A stretch of 64,000 nt of DNA from an uncultured bacterium (GTDB taxonomy: Bacteria; Verrucomicrobiota; Verrucomicrobiia; Limisphaerales; UBA8199), in the NCBI GenBank assembly GCA_963749495.1, contig CAVVMW010000016.1, positions 32,001-96,000 on the forward strand. Reading direction: 5' to 3'. The translations under genes were made by a program, and so were the position numbers. The notes beneath the pieces are model-generated. The model made no database searches. It saw only the letters and a program-made list of their open reading frames with translations, and was not told the DNA's origin. Numbering within the stretch: the first letter of the stretch is position 1; every line of letters begins with the position of its first letter. Shown here in pieces: positions 1 through 10,633 of this stretch.

Positions 1-221
1 TCGAAGTAGAGCCGCCCGCTGGCGTCGATGGCCACCTCCACGCTCGGCTTGTCCATGCCCGGCAGGTCGTCGGCCGTCGGCAGATCCAGCGGCACCCGGA
101 TGCCCGGCGTATAGACCAGCGAGGAAAGCATCACGAAGAGCAGCAACAAAAAGAGCACCGTTGCGAACGGCGCGGCGTCGAGCCGCCCGCGGAAGATCCT
201 GGCATTGCGCGGGAACTTCAC
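1..221 (-). CDS. exbD: ExbD/TolR biopolymer transport protein (runs off window edge)
   Basis: Manual translation from GTG at 221: MKFPRNARIFRGRLDAAPFATVLFLLLLFVMLSS...VAIDASGRLYF. Overlaps the exbB stop. Confidence 0.8.
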   Translation of the reverse strand, partial: MKFPRNARIFRGRLDAAPFATVLFLLLLFVMLSSLVYTPGIRVPLDLPTADDLPGMDKPSVEVAIDASGRLYF

Positions 222-840
222 TGCCGTGTCCCTTCGGTGACGATATTGACGATCTCGGTGGCCGCCCGTTCCATGTCCAGAACGATGGAATTGACGCGGC
301 TGACCAGGTAATTGTAGCCCGCATGGGCCGGGATGGCAACAGCCAGCCCGGCCGCCGCGCAGACCAGGGCCTTCCAGACGCCGTCCGAGAGGTCCCCCAC
401 GTTGGCGTAGAGGCCGCCCTGCGCATCAGCCAGAAGGTCTGCATGAACCCCAGCACCGTCCCCAGCAGGCCGAGCAACGGGGCCAGTTGGGCAATCGTGG
501 CCAGCAGGTTCAGCTTCTCCTCCAGGCGCGGCACCTCGGCCAGGCCGGCCTCCTCAAGGGCCTCGCGCACCCGCTCCCGCCCGTGCTCCCGGCTCAGGAT
601 GGCCGTGCGCACCAGCCGCGCCACCGGCCCGGGCGTCGCCTCGCAGATGGACAGCGCCTCGACCACGTTGTTTCGCTTGAGGACCGTGCGCACCCCGTTG
701 AGAAACTCGGTCGAGTTGATCTGCGCGCGATGAAAGTGCAAGAACCGCTCGACGAACACGACCACCGCCACGGCGCTGATGAGCAGAATCACCCACAGCA
801 CCAGCCCGCCGTTGGCTAACATTACCGGCAAACTCGGCAT
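218..840 (-). CDS. exbB: MotA/TolQ/ExbB proton channel protein, 1-nt frameshift near 424
   Basis: MPSLPVMLANGGLVLWVILL...LATIAQLAPLLGLLGTVLG, then in another frame GVWKALVCAAAGLAVAIPA. Length 623 nt, one base short of a whole number of codons. Confidence 0.85.
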
Positions 841-940
841 GGCCCCTTTATACGGCCCCGCCCAGGAAGTTCAAAGTGCAAAGTGAGGGGGGGCCGATCG
901 AGGGCGTATCCCGACACCGCCCCCGTCGGCTGCGGCGAGA

Positions 941-1052
941 TGGGAGTGCGCCCGTCCTCGGGCGCAGCGACGTCCACAGCCAGGGCAGCGGTCAAATACT
1001 CCGGCGCGCGTGCCCGCTCCGTCGCTGCTGCGCCCGGGGACGGGCGCACTCC
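941..1052. repeat. REP-like inverted repeat (GGAGTGCG...CGCACTCC family)
   Basis: ggagtgcgcccgtcctcgggcgcagc pairs with gctgcgcccggggacgggcgcactcc. Confidence 0.75.
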
Positions 1053-1140
1053 AGGCGCCGTCTCCGGGATACGCCGGACCGGGTTGCACCGGTCCGACTT
1101 CTCGCTTGACAGGTTGTCCCGGCGGGCCATGCTCAGCGGC

Positions 1141-2388
1141 ATGAATCAGGATTCGCTTGCTGCGGGCGCTGCTGCAAATTCAAACCGCCCGGATTCATCC
1201 AACACTCTGACCCGGCGCGGGTTTCTGCAAACGATGGGGGTGGGGGCGGCGGCACTGGGGTGTGCCCGGTCCGCCCTCGCGCAGCAAAAGCCGCCGATCC
1301 AGGGGTTCGAGAGGGCGCCCGAGGACCCGGATGCCTCCAAAGGCTGGCAACCGGTCTCGGACCGGAAAGTGCGTGTCGGCATTGTCGGGTATGGGGTTTG
1401 CAAGTTCGGCGCGGAGTTCGGGTTTCAGAACCATCCGAACGTGCAGGTGGTGGCGGTCAGCGATTCGTTCCCCGACCGCTGCTCGGAACTGGCCCGGGTG
1501 TGTCGTTGCGCCAAGACCTATCCCTCGCTGGAGGAACTGGTCAAGGATGACACCATCGAGGCGGTGTTCGTGGCCACCGATGCGCCCAGCCACGCGCGGC
1601 ACTGCATCGAGGTCCTCAAGCATGGCAAGCACGTGGTCTCGGCCGTGCCCGCGGTTTTCGGCTCGGTTGAAGACGCCCATAAGCTCTTCGAGGCGGTCAA
1701 GGCCGGCGGGCGCAAGTACATGATGTTCGAGACCTCGTGTTTTCATGAAGACCTCCACGCCATGCGGCAGATCTACCGGGCCGGCGGGCTGGGCAAGCTG
1801 GTCTACTCGGAAGGGGAGTATTTTCACTACATGGAGCAGCCGATCGCCTCGTACAAAGACTGGCGCGTGGGCCTGCCGCCGCAGTGGTATCCGACGCACT
1901 CGAACGCCTACTACGTGGGGGTGAGCGGCGGCAGCTTCACCGAGGTCAGTTGCCTGGGCATGCCCAGCCGCGTCGAGCATTTGCAGCCGGCCAACAACCG
2001 CTACCGAAACGCCTTCGGAACCGAGATCGCCCTGTTCCGCACCAGCGAGGGCGGCACCTCGCGCATGGGCGTCAGTTGGGACACACCCGGCTACGGCGGC
2101 GAGATGGGGCGCATTCGCGGCCAGAAGGGGTCCTTCTACGGCAAATACGAGGGGCTGGAGTCGCGCCTGCCCAACACCCGCCGCCCGCCCTTGCCGCCCG
2201 GTGTCGCCGCCGGCGGGCACGGCGGCTCACACGGTTACCTGATGAACGAGTTCATCACGGCCATCCTCGAGGACCGCCGGCCTTTGGTGAATATCGCCTG
2301 GGCCTTGAACCTCACCGTCGCCGGCATCCTCGCTCATGAGTCCGCCCTCAAGGAGGGGGAACTGATGAAGATACCGCAGTTTGCTTAG
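1141..2388 (+). CDS. Tat-exported Gfo/Idh/MocA oxidoreductase
   Basis: TRRGFL Tat motif, VGIVGYG Rossmann start, GGHGGSH near C-terminus. Confidence 0.85.
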   Translation: MNQDSLAAGAAANSNRPDSSNTLTRRGFLQTMGVGAAALGCARSALAQQKPPIQGFERAPEDPDASKGWQPVSDRKVRVGIVGYGVCKFGAEFGFQNHPNVQVVAVSDSFPDRCSELARVCRCAKTYPSLEELVKDDTIEAVFVATDAPSHARHCIEVLKHGKHVVSAVPAVFGSVEDAHKLFEAVKAGGRKYMMFETSCFHEDLHAMRQIYRAGGLGKLVYSEGEYFHYMEQPIASYKDWRVGLPPQWYPTHSNAYYVGVSGGSFTEVSCLGMPSRVEHLQPANNRYRNAFGTEIALFRTSEGGTSRMGVSWDTPGYGGEMGRIRGQKGSFYGKYEGLESRLPNTRRPPLPPGVAAGGHGGSHGYLMNEFITAILEDRRPLVNIAWALNLTVAGILAHESALKEGELMKIPQFA

Positions 2389-2427
2389 AGGGCACTTTGC
2401 GGTCCGATGGGTCCGACCTCCGCTGGG

Positions 2428-2701
2428 TGGGGTGCGATTAAAAGCGTCGGGCATGCGCGGCGGGAGTCTTGTCCCGGAGGGACATCTGACAATAGCCCGG
2501 CGTTTCAACGCCGGGGAGGCCACAAAAGCGGTCCTCGTCCCGAAGGGACGACCGAGAATAATCGTTGCTCTCAGCCGTCCCTCCGGGACGGACCTGCTCT
2601 TTCGGTTCGCTGACCCGGCGTTGAAACGCCGGGCTATTCTCGGAAGCCCCTTCGGGGCAGGAAGGCGCCGTGGGCTGACCGATGGTTTTAATCGCACCCC
2701 A
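2428..2701. repeat. REP doublet (gtcccggagggac family) inside 16-bp terminal inverted repeats
   Basis: tggggtgcgattaaaa / ttttaatcgcacccca flank aatagcccggcgtttcaacgccggg and its inverse. Confidence 0.8.
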
Positions 2702-2787
2702 ATGGGGCTGAATACTCGACGGTTGCCGCGAGTCGAAACCTTGTGGCATGGCGGCAATCATGCTACCCTGCCGGGAGCAAGAATCGT

Positions 2788-4554
2788 ATGAAGAACCGGA
2801 TCTTGTGGAGCTTGGGCCTGAGTCTGGCAATCGTTTTCCTCCCGTTGGCCAGTGGATGTGCGCGCCAGGCATCCCAACCCCCTATCACCCTCGTTAGCCC
2901 GGAGGCCGCTCCGGAGGTTGCCGTCCAACCGTCCGGGCCTGCCGAGCCGCCACCGGCGGAACCTGCGCCGGCGCCCGCTTCCTCCGCCCCCGCGCAGCCC
3001 GGCTCCGCCGCCAGCGCGGACGACCCGGCGCCACCGGACCTGGCGAACGCCCGGGCGACACCCGTCTCAGACGAAAGCCCGGCGCCGCCCAACGTCCGGA
3101 CCGTCGGGCCCGTCGCCGACCTTATCAAGCTGGCCAGCTCCGGCGTGGACCAGGGAGTGCTGCTGGCATACGCCACCAACTCGGCGAGCCTGTTCAACTT
3201 GAACGCTGAGGAGATCATTTACATGAAGGACCTTGGCATTCCGAGCGCGGTGGTCACGGCGATTCTCCAGCATGACCAGGCGCTGAAAGAGGGCGGGGCC
3301 GGTTCCAATCCCAATCCGCCCCCTGCCCTGGCGGTCCAGCAGTTTGCCCCGCAGGCCGTGGCGCCGCCGCCCGCGCCCGCCGTGGTGTCGGCGCCGCCCC
3401 CTGCGGTGCCCGCCGGCCCGCCGCCCGAGGCGCAACCCCCGCTGGCGCCGGAGCCTGTGGATGCCACTTTCTACGACGCCCTGGCGCCTTACGGGACCTG
3501 GGTCCAGGTGGAGGGCGTGGGCCTGTGCTGGCGGCCCTCGGTGGAGGTGACCGACCCCTCCTGGCAGCCCTATTACGACGAGGGCCACTGGATTTATACC
3601 GACTGCGGCTGGTATTGGGCCTCGGGCTATTCATGGGGCTGGGCGCCGTTCCACTATGGCCGCTGGTTCCGCCACAATCGCTGGGGTTGGTGCTGGGCGC
3701 CTGACACAGTCTGGGGTCCGTCCTGGGTGTGCTGGCGCTACAACGATGGTTACTGCGGTTGGGCGCCCCTGCCGCCCGGGGCCTGGTTCAGGCCCGGCAT
3801 CGGCCTGACCTTCTATGGCCGCGGCGTGAGCCTGGGCTTCAACTTCGGCCTGGGATTCGACTCCTTCGCCTTTGTCCCCTGGGGACACTTTCACGAACAT
3901 CACCTTCGCCCGTGGGGCCTCGGGCGCGATCGCATCGCCCGCATTTATCGCCAGACGACGCCGGTCACGCGTTACCAGGGCGCCGGGCGCTTCCTCTCCA
4001 ACAGCGGGCTCTCCCCAAGCCACGTCGCCTCGGTCACCCACACCCAGGTGCAGCCCGTGGCCATCCGCGAGGTGAAAGGCCCCGTCACGCCGGGCGTGCG
4101 CGCCGATCGCCTCGCCCCCAATGGCAGAACGCTCAACGTCTTCCGCCCGACCCCGCCTGCCACGTCCCGCCTCAGTTCTCCGCACACCGTTGGGCTTGCG
4201 ACGGCGCAACGGCCAAGCGCCGCCACCACGCCGCAATTCGAGAATCCGTCGCCCTGGCTGGCGCCTCGCACGGCGTCTCCGGCGCCGGCCACGGGCCAGG
4301 GACGCCAGATTTACGCGCCATCCCAACAACCCCCGAGGCAGCCCGCGCCCGCGCCACAGTACAACTACAATTCCCGGGCCACTTACCAGGCCCCGGCCGA
4401 AGTGCCCCGCTACAGTTCGCCTCACGCTTATTCGGCGCCGGTCCCCAGAGAGGCACCCGCCGCCCCAGCCCCCGCGCGAAGCGCCGCCCCGCCGCCGCCG
4501 CCGCCCCCGCCGCCGCCCGCAGCGCCGTCCCGCTCGGACAGGGGCGGACGATAA
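2788..4554 (+). CDS. Pro-rich lipoprotein with DUF6600-like Trp-rich domain
   Basis: Lipobox LASGC; FYDALAPYGTW...WGWAPFHYGRW...WGPSWV. Confidence 0.75.
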   Translation: MKNRILWSLGLSLAIVFLPLASGCARQASQPPITLVSPEAAPEVAVQPSGPAEPPPAEPAPAPASSAPAQPGSAASADDPAPPDLANARATPVSDESPAPPNVRTVGPVADLIKLASSGVDQGVLLAYATNSASLFNLNAEEIIYMKDLGIPSAVVTAILQHDQALKEGGAGSNPNPPPALAVQQFAPQAVAPPPAPAVVSAPPPAVPAGPPPEAQPPLAPEPVDATFYDALAPYGTWVQVEGVGLCWRPSVEVTDPSWQPYYDEGHWIYTDCGWYWASGYSWGWAPFHYGRWFRHNRWGWCWAPDTVWGPSWVCWRYNDGYCGWAPLPPGAWFRPGIGLTFYGRGVSLGFNFGLGFDSFAFVPWGHFHEHHLRPWGLGRDRIARIYRQTTPVTRYQGAGRFLSNSGLSPSHVASVTHTQVQPVAIREVKGPVTPGVRADRLAPNGRTLNVFRPTPPATSRLSSPHTVGLATAQRPSAATTPQFENPSPWLAPRTASPAPATGQGRQIYAPSQQPPRQPAPAPQYNYNSRATYQAPAEVPRYSSPHAYSAPVPREAPAAPAPARSAAPPPPPPPPPPAAPSRSDRGGR

Positions 4555-4622
4555 TAATGGGGGCCGGAGCGTCCGGACCGTAGCGCAGGGGCGTCCGGAC
4601 CGGAAACAGAGTCCCCAGCGCA

Positions 4623-4768
4623 CCCCTCACCCCGGCCCTCTCCCCTTCCGAAGGGGAGAGGGAGAGTTCCCGGTGGCGCTTTGAGGAAACGCAGGCGCCT
4701 GGCAAGTTCCGAGGCTGCCGACGCTTCTCCCTCTCCCCTTCGGAAGGGGAGAGGGCCGGGGTGAGGGG
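4623..4768. repeat. Palindromic CCCTCACCCCGGCCCTCTCCCC repeat
   Basis: Inverted arms. Further copies at 16444-16589 and 22498-22642; partial at 20675 and 55450. Confidence 0.85.
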
Positions 4769-4863
4769 TTTGCCCCTGTGACGTTCTCACCTCCACTGAT
4801 GCCTTACCCCGGCAGGTTTCCCATGCTTGAACCGGGCGGGCGCAGCGGGTAGTGTACGGCATT

Positions 4864-6918
4864 GTGTTCGAGCTGGTTTCACCTTACGCCCCCGCCGGCG
4901 ATCAGCCGCAAGCCATCGCCAAGCTCACCGAAGGGGTGTTGTCGGGCGCCCGACACCAGTCGCTGCTCGGGGTCACCGGTTCGGGCAAGACCTTCACCGT
5001 GGCCAACGTCATCCGGAACGTCAACAAGCCGACGCTGGTCATCTCGCACAACAAGACGCTGGCGGCCCAGCTCTATGCCGAGTTCAAAGGCTTCTTCCCC
5101 AATAACGCCGTCGAGTATTTCGTCAGCTATTTCGACTACTACCAGCCCGAGGCCTATATCCCGCGCACGGACACCTACATCGAGAAGGACTCGAGCATCA
5201 ACGACGAGATTGAGCGGCTGCGGCTCTCGACAATGAGCGCGCTGTTCGCGAGGCGGGACGTCATCGTGGTGGCCAGCGTCTCGTGCATCTACGGCATCGG
5301 CAGCAAGGAGGATTACGAGGCGATGGTGATCCCGATCCGGGCGGGGATGGCCATGGGCCGGGAGCAGTTCCTGCGCCGGCTGGTGGACCTGCAATACAGC
5401 CGCAACAACGTCCAATTGACTCGCGGCCAGTTCCGCGTGCGGGGCGACACGATCGAACTGTGCCCGGCCGGGCGCGAGGACGGGTTGCGGGTCGAGTTTT
5501 TCGGGGAGGAGATCGAGCGGATAGCGCGGTTCGAGCCGTTGACCGGGCGCAAGCTGGAGCCGCTGGAGGCGGTGACGATCTATCCGGGCAAACAGTTCGT
5601 GACGCCCTCCGAGAAGCTGCGTCCGGCCCTGCTGGCCATCCGGCAGGAGCTGGGCGAGCGCATCGCCTGGTTCGAAAAGCAGGGCAAGCTGCTGGAGGCC
5701 CAGCGCATCAAGATGCGCACCGAATACGACCTGGAGATGATGGAAGAGATGGGCTTCTGCTCCGGCATCGAGAACTACTCGCGCCACCTGGCCGGCCTGC
5801 CCGCAGGCTCGCGCCCCTGCACCCTCCTGGACTTCTTTCCCCAGGACTACCTCCTGGCCATCGACGAATCGCACGCCACCGTGCCGCAGCTCGGCGGGAT
5901 GTACGAAGGGGACCGTTCCCGCAAGACCGTGCTGGTGGACTACGGGTTCCGGCTCCCCAGCGCGCTGGACAACCGCCCCCTCAATTTCCAGGAATTCCAA
6001 GGCCTCCAGAGCCAGACCCTCTACATCAGCGCCACCCCCGGGCCGCGCGAACTGGAGTGGTCGCGCGGCCGGGTCGTCGAGCAGATCGTCCGGCCCACCG
6101 GCCTGGTGGACCCCAAGGCCACGGTCAAGCCGCTGGCCGGGCAGATCGACGATCTCATCGATGAGTGCCGGAAACGGGCCGACGCCAAAGAGCGGGTCCT
6201 GGTCACCACGCTGACCAAGCGGAGCGCGGAGGAGTTGACCGATTACCTGCGCGAGATCGGCATCAACGTCCAGTACCTCCACAGCGAGATCGATGCGATC
6301 GAGCGGGTCGAGATCTTGCGCGCGCTGCGCAAGGGCGACTTCAACGTGCTGGTGGGCATCAACCTGCTCCGCGAGGGGCTGGACCTGCCGGAGGTCTCGC
6401 TGGTGGCGATACTCGACGCGGACAAGGAAGGCTACTTGCGCAGCGCCACCAGCCTGATTCAAACGGCGGGGCGCGCCGCCCGGCACCTCCACGGCGAGGT
6501 CATCCTCTATGCCGACGTGATGACCCAGAGCATCCAGAAATTCCTGGCCGTGTCCGAGTACCGCCGGAACAAGCAGTTGGCCTATAACCGCGAGCACGGC
6601 ATCACCCCGCGCAGCGTCAGCCGCGCAGTCGAGCAGAGCCTCTCCTCCTACAAGGCAGCCTCGAAACAAGCCCAAGGCTTCCTGGCCGAGTCGGGGGTGG
6701 ACCTCGACCTGCACCAGACCATTGGCGAGCTGCAGGAGGAGATGATCGGCGCCGCCAACAACCTCGAATTCGAGAAGGCGGCGCTGCTGCGCGACCAGAT
6801 CCGCGAGCTCAGGCGCACCCTGGACGGCGCCCCGCCTGCCAGCCCTGCCCGGACCGGGCCGGTCGCCTACCCCAGGCGCAAGAAACGCGGCGCCCGCAAG
6901 AGCACCGCCCCGTTCTGA
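4864..6918 (+). CDS. uvrB: Excinuclease ABC subunit B
   Basis: [50 protein letters not shown]-terminal UVR domain. Start could be 4852. Confidence 0.98.
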   Translation: MFELVSPYAPAGDQPQAIAKLTEGVLSGARHQSLLGVTGSGKTFTVANVIRNVNKPTLVISHNKTLAAQLYAEFKGFFPNNAVEYFVSYFDYYQPEAYIPRTDTYIEKDSSINDEIERLRLSTMSALFARRDVIVVASVSCIYGIGSKEDYEAMVIPIRAGMAMGREQFLRRLVDLQYSRNNVQLTRGQFRVRGDTIELCPAGREDGLRVEFFGEEIERIARFEPLTGRKLEPLEAVTIYPGKQFVTPSEKLRPALLAIRQELGERIAWFEKQGKLLEAQRIKMRTEYDLEMMEEMGFCSGIENYSRHLAGLPAGSRPCTLLDFFPQDYLLAIDESHATVPQLGGMYEGDRSRKTVLVDYGFRLPSALDNRPLNFQEFQGLQSQTLYISATPGPRELEWSRGRVVEQIVRPTGLVDPKATVKPLAGQIDDLIDECRKRADAKERVLVTTLTKRSAEELTDYLREIGINVQYLHSEIDAIERVEILRALRKGDFNVLVGINLLREGLDLPEVSLVAILDADKEGYLRSATSLIQTAGRAARHLHGEVILYADVMTQSIQKFLAVSEYRRNKQLAYNREHGITPRSVSRAVEQSLSSYKAASKQAQGFLAESGVDLDLHQTIGELQEEMIGAANNLEFEKAALLRDQIRELRRTLDGAPPASPARTGPVAYPRRKKRGARKSTAPF

Positions 6919-6924
6919 GCCCAG

Positions 6925-7106
6925 GCAGAATCATGGGACAAGACGCAAAGCAGAATCATGGTTGGCAAAATCATTAAAAAAATTCTTCTTATGATTTTGC
7001 CAAAAATGATTTTGTTTCTTCGGGACAAGACGCAAAGCAGAATCACTCCTGGCAAAATCATTCGGAGAAAATTCTTCTTATGATTCTGCCGAAAATGATT
7101 CTGTTT
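6925..7106. repeat. Two tandem ~85-bp AT-rich palindromic units between convergent genes (possible terminator)
   Basis: gggacaagacgcaaagcagaatca...ggcaaaatcatt...atgatt(t/c)tgcc occurs twice. Confidence 0.75.
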
Positions 7107-7107
7107 T

Positions 7108-8328
7108 CTACCGGCTGAACAGCTCGGGCAGGCCGCGCCACAGGCCGGGTTGGGTGGGGGTGAAGATGGTTTCGCGGGCCTCCTTCAAATCGAACTGCAG
7201 CCAGATCCCAATGCTGTCGGAGCCGCGTCCGTGGGTGCGGATGGCGTCAATGCCGCGGGCGTAGCCGAGCATGACCTTGACCGAGGAACTGCGGTAGAGG
7301 AGCCCGCCGCCGACGCCGCTGTTCCAGTGGCCGGGTTGCTCGAGGCCGGGCAGGTAGTTGACCAGGGCGGTGGAGGCGGTGCCGCTGAGGTTCCAATGCT
7401 GGTGGCGGTCCAGGGGCAGGAGATAGGTCCCGTTGAGCAGGACGAAGTTCCGGGCGCTGATCTCCTGGAAATAGTAGCCCGGCAGCGAGAGCGGGAATTC
7501 GGAGATGAGCGGCAGCAGCCCGCCCAGGCGGTAGCAACTGAAACGGTCGGCCTCGACGCTGGTTCCGGCTGTCAGGTTGAGGTAGATGCTGTGCTTCAAA
7601 TTTGGCAGGGTGTAGCCCAGGAAGGCCTCGCCCCAGAACAGGTGTGATTGCGGTTCCAACCGCCTGGGCTGGGCGGCATAGCCGTAGTCGCCGCTTTCGC
7701 TGCGGAACCGGCCCTCGTACCAGGCGGAGAGTTCCATGGCCAGCGAGGGAAAGAGGGTCGGTTCACGCCCGCCCCAGCGCAGGCCCGACCGCACGGCGAA
7801 GGCCGTGTGATCCGGGGGCAGCCGGAAATTGGGGTCGGTGTCGTCGTCGCGCTCATAAATGCTGTAATGGGCCACGCCGCGAAGGATGCCGTTGAGGGGA
7901 ATGGTCGAGCCCGGATTGAACAGATGGTAGAGGCTCAAGCCCCCCTCGCCGCTGTGGCCGTCAAAGGATTCCTGGGGGTGGAAAATCCCCTGGCGAATCT
8001 CCTGGTAGGTGTCGGCAAAACCGCCGCCGGCCAGGTCGATGCCCAGGTCCGTGTGCGCGCCCAGGGCGTCCTTGATGCCCAGTTCCGAATCGAGATAGAC
8101 CGGCGCAACGGCCAGGCGCAGGGTCAGGTTGGTGTTCAGGAAACCCGGTTGGTTGCGATAGTAGAAGGCATAGCCCTCGAGGGGCGGATGCCCTTCCAGG
8201 GCCGCGTTGTAGCCCGCTTGGACCAGGTTGCGCCGGACCGGGTCCAATTGGCCGCGGACGGCCGAAGGACTCAGGAAAACCGCCAGGCAAAACAGCAAAC
8301 ACCATCGCCTTGACACAGTCACGCGCAC
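7108..8328 (-). CDS. Putative outer-membrane beta-barrel protein
   Basis: Signal peptide; alternating aromatic beta-strand pattern ending IGIWLQFDL. Start uncertain. Confidence 0.6.
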   Translation of the reverse strand: MRVTVSRRWCLLFCLAVFLSPSAVRGQLDPVRRNLVQAGYNAALEGHPPLEGYAFYYRNQPGFLNTNLTLRLAVAPVYLDSELGIKDALGAHTDLGIDLAGGGFADTYQEIRQGIFHPQESFDGHSGEGGLSLYHLFNPGSTIPLNGILRGVAHYSIYERDDDTDPNFRLPPDHTAFAVRSGLRWGGREPTLFPSLAMELSAWYEGRFRSESGDYGYAAQPRRLEPQSHLFWGEAFLGYTLPNLKHSIYLNLTAGTSVEADRFSCYRLGGLLPLISEFPLSLPGYYFQEISARNFVLLNGTYLLPLDRHQHWNLSGTASTALVNYLPGLEQPGHWNSGVGGGLLYRSSSVKVMLGYARGIDAIRTHGRGSDSIGIWLQFDLKEARETIFTPTQPGLWRGLPELFSR

Positions 8329-8384
8329 ATTTGGTAGTCCAACCGGGGGGTGATCGCAAGTAGATAGATGCCCCAGGGTCTGCA

Positions 8385-8498
8385 AATGACGAATGACGAA
8401 TGACGAATGACGAATGACGAAGGGACGGGGGCGGCGTTCCCGTGGGCAATGCCTGCCGGGTCTGCACTTTCGTCATTCGTCATTCGTCATTCGTCATT
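8385..8498. repeat. Heptamer inverted tandem repeat (AATGACG)x5 ... (TTCGTCA)x4
   Basis: Directly visible. Confidence 0.9.
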
Positions 8499-8539
8499 TG
8501 TGCTGTTGCCTGGGGCAAATTCCGGGCTATCGTCAACGC

Positions 8540-8614
8540 ATGAGCATGGCCAGGAAACTCCTCCATACCCGGTACCGTCTCAACGACCTGGAGCGGACCG
8601 TGAAATTCAACTGA
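8540..8614 (+). pseudogene. 5' remnant of VOC/lactoylglutathione lyase-like gene
   Basis: MSMARKLLHTRYRLNDLERTVKFN* resembles a glyoxalase I N-terminus. Confidence 0.5.
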
Positions 8615-8689
8615 TCCAACAGGGGTCCAATCAATGAAATCGGAGATGCGACCCCACATTCTCCATGAGCCGTCGCCAGGTCCGAAGGT

Positions 8690-8772
8690 TTTGGACTGCG
8701 GCAGTCCTCTGCCGCTTTCGCGTCCGCAGGGTCCAAAAAGCGCCAGAGGACTGGCGCACTCCAAAACGCTTC
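8690..8772. repeat. REP-like palindrome (GGACTGCG...CGCACTCC family)
   Basis: ttttggactgcggcagtcctctgccgcttt / aaagcgccagaggactggcgcactccaaaa. Confidence 0.75.
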
Positions 8773-8833
8773 GCGCCGGGCAACGCCCTTCCGGTTCATG
8801 GTCACCATTCGCGGCCAACCGCACGCAGCCGAT

Positions 8834-9670
8834 ATGAGACTGGCAGCGGGCCACTACGAGTACCTGTTTCCCCGCCCGGCGCTGGTGATGGGAATTGTGA
8901 ACGTGACGCCGGACTCGTTCTCGGACGGCGGGAGATTCCCGGACACCGCGGCGGCCGTGGCCGGGGCCGTGCAACTGGTCGAGCAGGGGGCGGAGATCCT
9001 CGACATCGGCGGCGAATCCACGCGTCCCGGGGCGGCGCCGGTGAGCGAGGAAGAGGAGTTGCGCCGCGTGATGCCGGTCATCGGGCAATTGGCCGGGCGC
9101 GTCCGGGTGCCGATCTCGATTGACACGATGAAGCCGGGGGTGGCGCGCGCCGCCCTCGGGGCGGGCGCCAGCATCGTCAACGACGTGGCCGCCAACCGCC
9201 GGGAGGAGACGATGTGGCGCCTGGTGGCCCAGAGCGGCGCCGGTTACGTCTGCCTGCACATGCAGGGGACGCCGCAGACCATGCAGCTCAACCCGGTGTA
9301 TGGAGACGTCGTCCGCGAGGTGCGCGAGTTTTTTTGGGAGCGCCTCCGGCGATTGCACGATTGCGGAGTGAAGCCGGAGCAGATTATACTGGATCCCGGG
9401 ATCGGCTTCGGCAAGACGCTCGAGCACAATCTGCAGTTGCTCGGGGCGCTGCGGGGCCTGAGCGAGATGGGGCGGCCTGTGCTGGTCGGGGTCTCGCGCA
9501 AATCGTTTCTGGGGCGTCTGCCGGGAGCGGGGCCGGCGGGGCGGCTGCCGGCGGGCCTGGCGTGTGCGGTCCTTGCGGTCGAGGCGGGCGCGCGCATCAT
9601 CCGGGCGCACGACGCGTTGGAGACGGTGCAGGCCATCCGCGCGGCTGAGGCGATCCTCGTGAGACGATGA
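8834..9670 (+). CDS. folP: Dihydropteroate synthase
   Basis: MGIVNVTPDSFSDGG, DIGGESTRPGA, SIDT, DPGIGFGK, GVSRKSF. Confidence 0.97.
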   Translation: MRLAAGHYEYLFPRPALVMGIVNVTPDSFSDGGRFPDTAAAVAGAVQLVEQGAEILDIGGESTRPGAAPVSEEEELRRVMPVIGQLAGRVRVPISIDTMKPGVARAALGAGASIVNDVAANRREETMWRLVAQSGAGYVCLHMQGTPQTMQLNPVYGDVVREVREFFWERLRRLHDCGVKPEQIILDPGIGFGKTLEHNLQLLGALRGLSEMGRPVLVGVSRKSFLGRLPGAGPAGRLPAGLACAVLAVEAGARIIRAHDALETVQAIRAAEAILVRR

Positions 9671-9709
9671 CGATGACGATGACGACAAGCGCAGAGTAAG
9701 ACAAGAGCG

Positions 9710-10633
9710 ATGGTTGTGCACGACCCTTGGCAAATCTTGAGCGACCTTTGGACGATCATCGGCGGGTGGCGGCCGGTGGTGGAAATCCTGATCCTGACGG
9801 CCGGCATTTACGGCGCCCTGCGGTTTGTCCGGGGGACTCGCGGGGCGCCCGTGGTGATGGGTTTCCTGGTGGTCCTGCTGGCGCTGGTGCTCACAAGCTT
9901 CCTGCTCGGGTTGACGGTCCTGCAGGACATCCTGGGTGCATTCTACGCCTTTTTCATGCTGGGCGTGCTGATCATCTTTCAACCGGAACTGCGGCGCATG
10001 CTGGCGGAGTTGGGCAATTTGCCGCTTCTGGCCACCGTCCGCGAGCAGCGCGAGAACATCGAGGTCATCATCCAGACGGTCGAGCGTCTGGCTGACGTGC
10101 GCATCGGCGCCCTCATCGCCGTCGAACGGTCCATCCACCTCCAGGAGGCGGTCGAGTCGGGCATCATCGTCGATTGCGTGGCCACGCCCGAGATGCTCGA
10201 GACGATTTTCTTTCCCAACAACGCCATCCACGACGGCGGCGTGATCATCCGGGGCGACCGGATAGCCTTTGCGGCATGCATCTTTCCCCTCACGCAACGG
10301 CGGGATTTGAACCCCTCGTTGGGCACACGCCATCGGGCGGCCATCGGGCTGAGCGAAGAGACCGACGCCGCCGTGGTGGCGGTCTCGGAAGAGACCGGGG
10401 GCATTTCCTATGCCTGCAAGGGGCAGTTGGTTCGCAACGTCACACTCGAGGAATTGCGCGCCTTCCTGACCTCGGTGTTCGTGACTCCCGCCCGCCCGCG
10501 CCGGTGGGTCGATTGGCTCCGGTCCTGGAACACGCAGAAGGTCAAACCTGCGCCCGTCCATCCCGCGCCTGCACCCGCGCCCTCTCGCCCCCCCACCGAG
10601 GCGGCCACAACCCCCTCCAGCCTGGGCAAATGA
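9710..10633 (+). CDS. cdaA: Diadenylate cyclase CdaA
   Basis: Three N-terminal TM helices, FQPELRR, HDGGV and GTRHRAA motifs. Confidence 0.95.
   Translation: MVVHDPWQILSDLWTIIGGWRPVVEILILTAGIYGALRFVRGTRGAPVVMGFLVVLLALVLTSFLLGLTVLQDILGAFYAFFMLGVLIIFQPELRRMLAELGNLPLLATVREQRENIEVIIQTVERLADVRIGALIAVERSIHLQEAVESGIIVDCVATPEMLETIFFPNNAIHDGGVIIRGDRIAFAACIFPLTQRRDLNPSLGTRHRAAIGLSEETDAAVVAVSEETGGISYACKGQLVRNVTLEELRAFLTSVFVTPARPRRWVDWLRSWNTQKVKPAPVHPAPAPAPSRPPTEAATTPSSLGK

Noticed and set aside
4879..10561. Long antisense ORFs (4879-6714, 8480-10561; also 18078-19655, 47493-49202)
   Set aside because: Shadow frames of well-supported genes in high-GC DNA.
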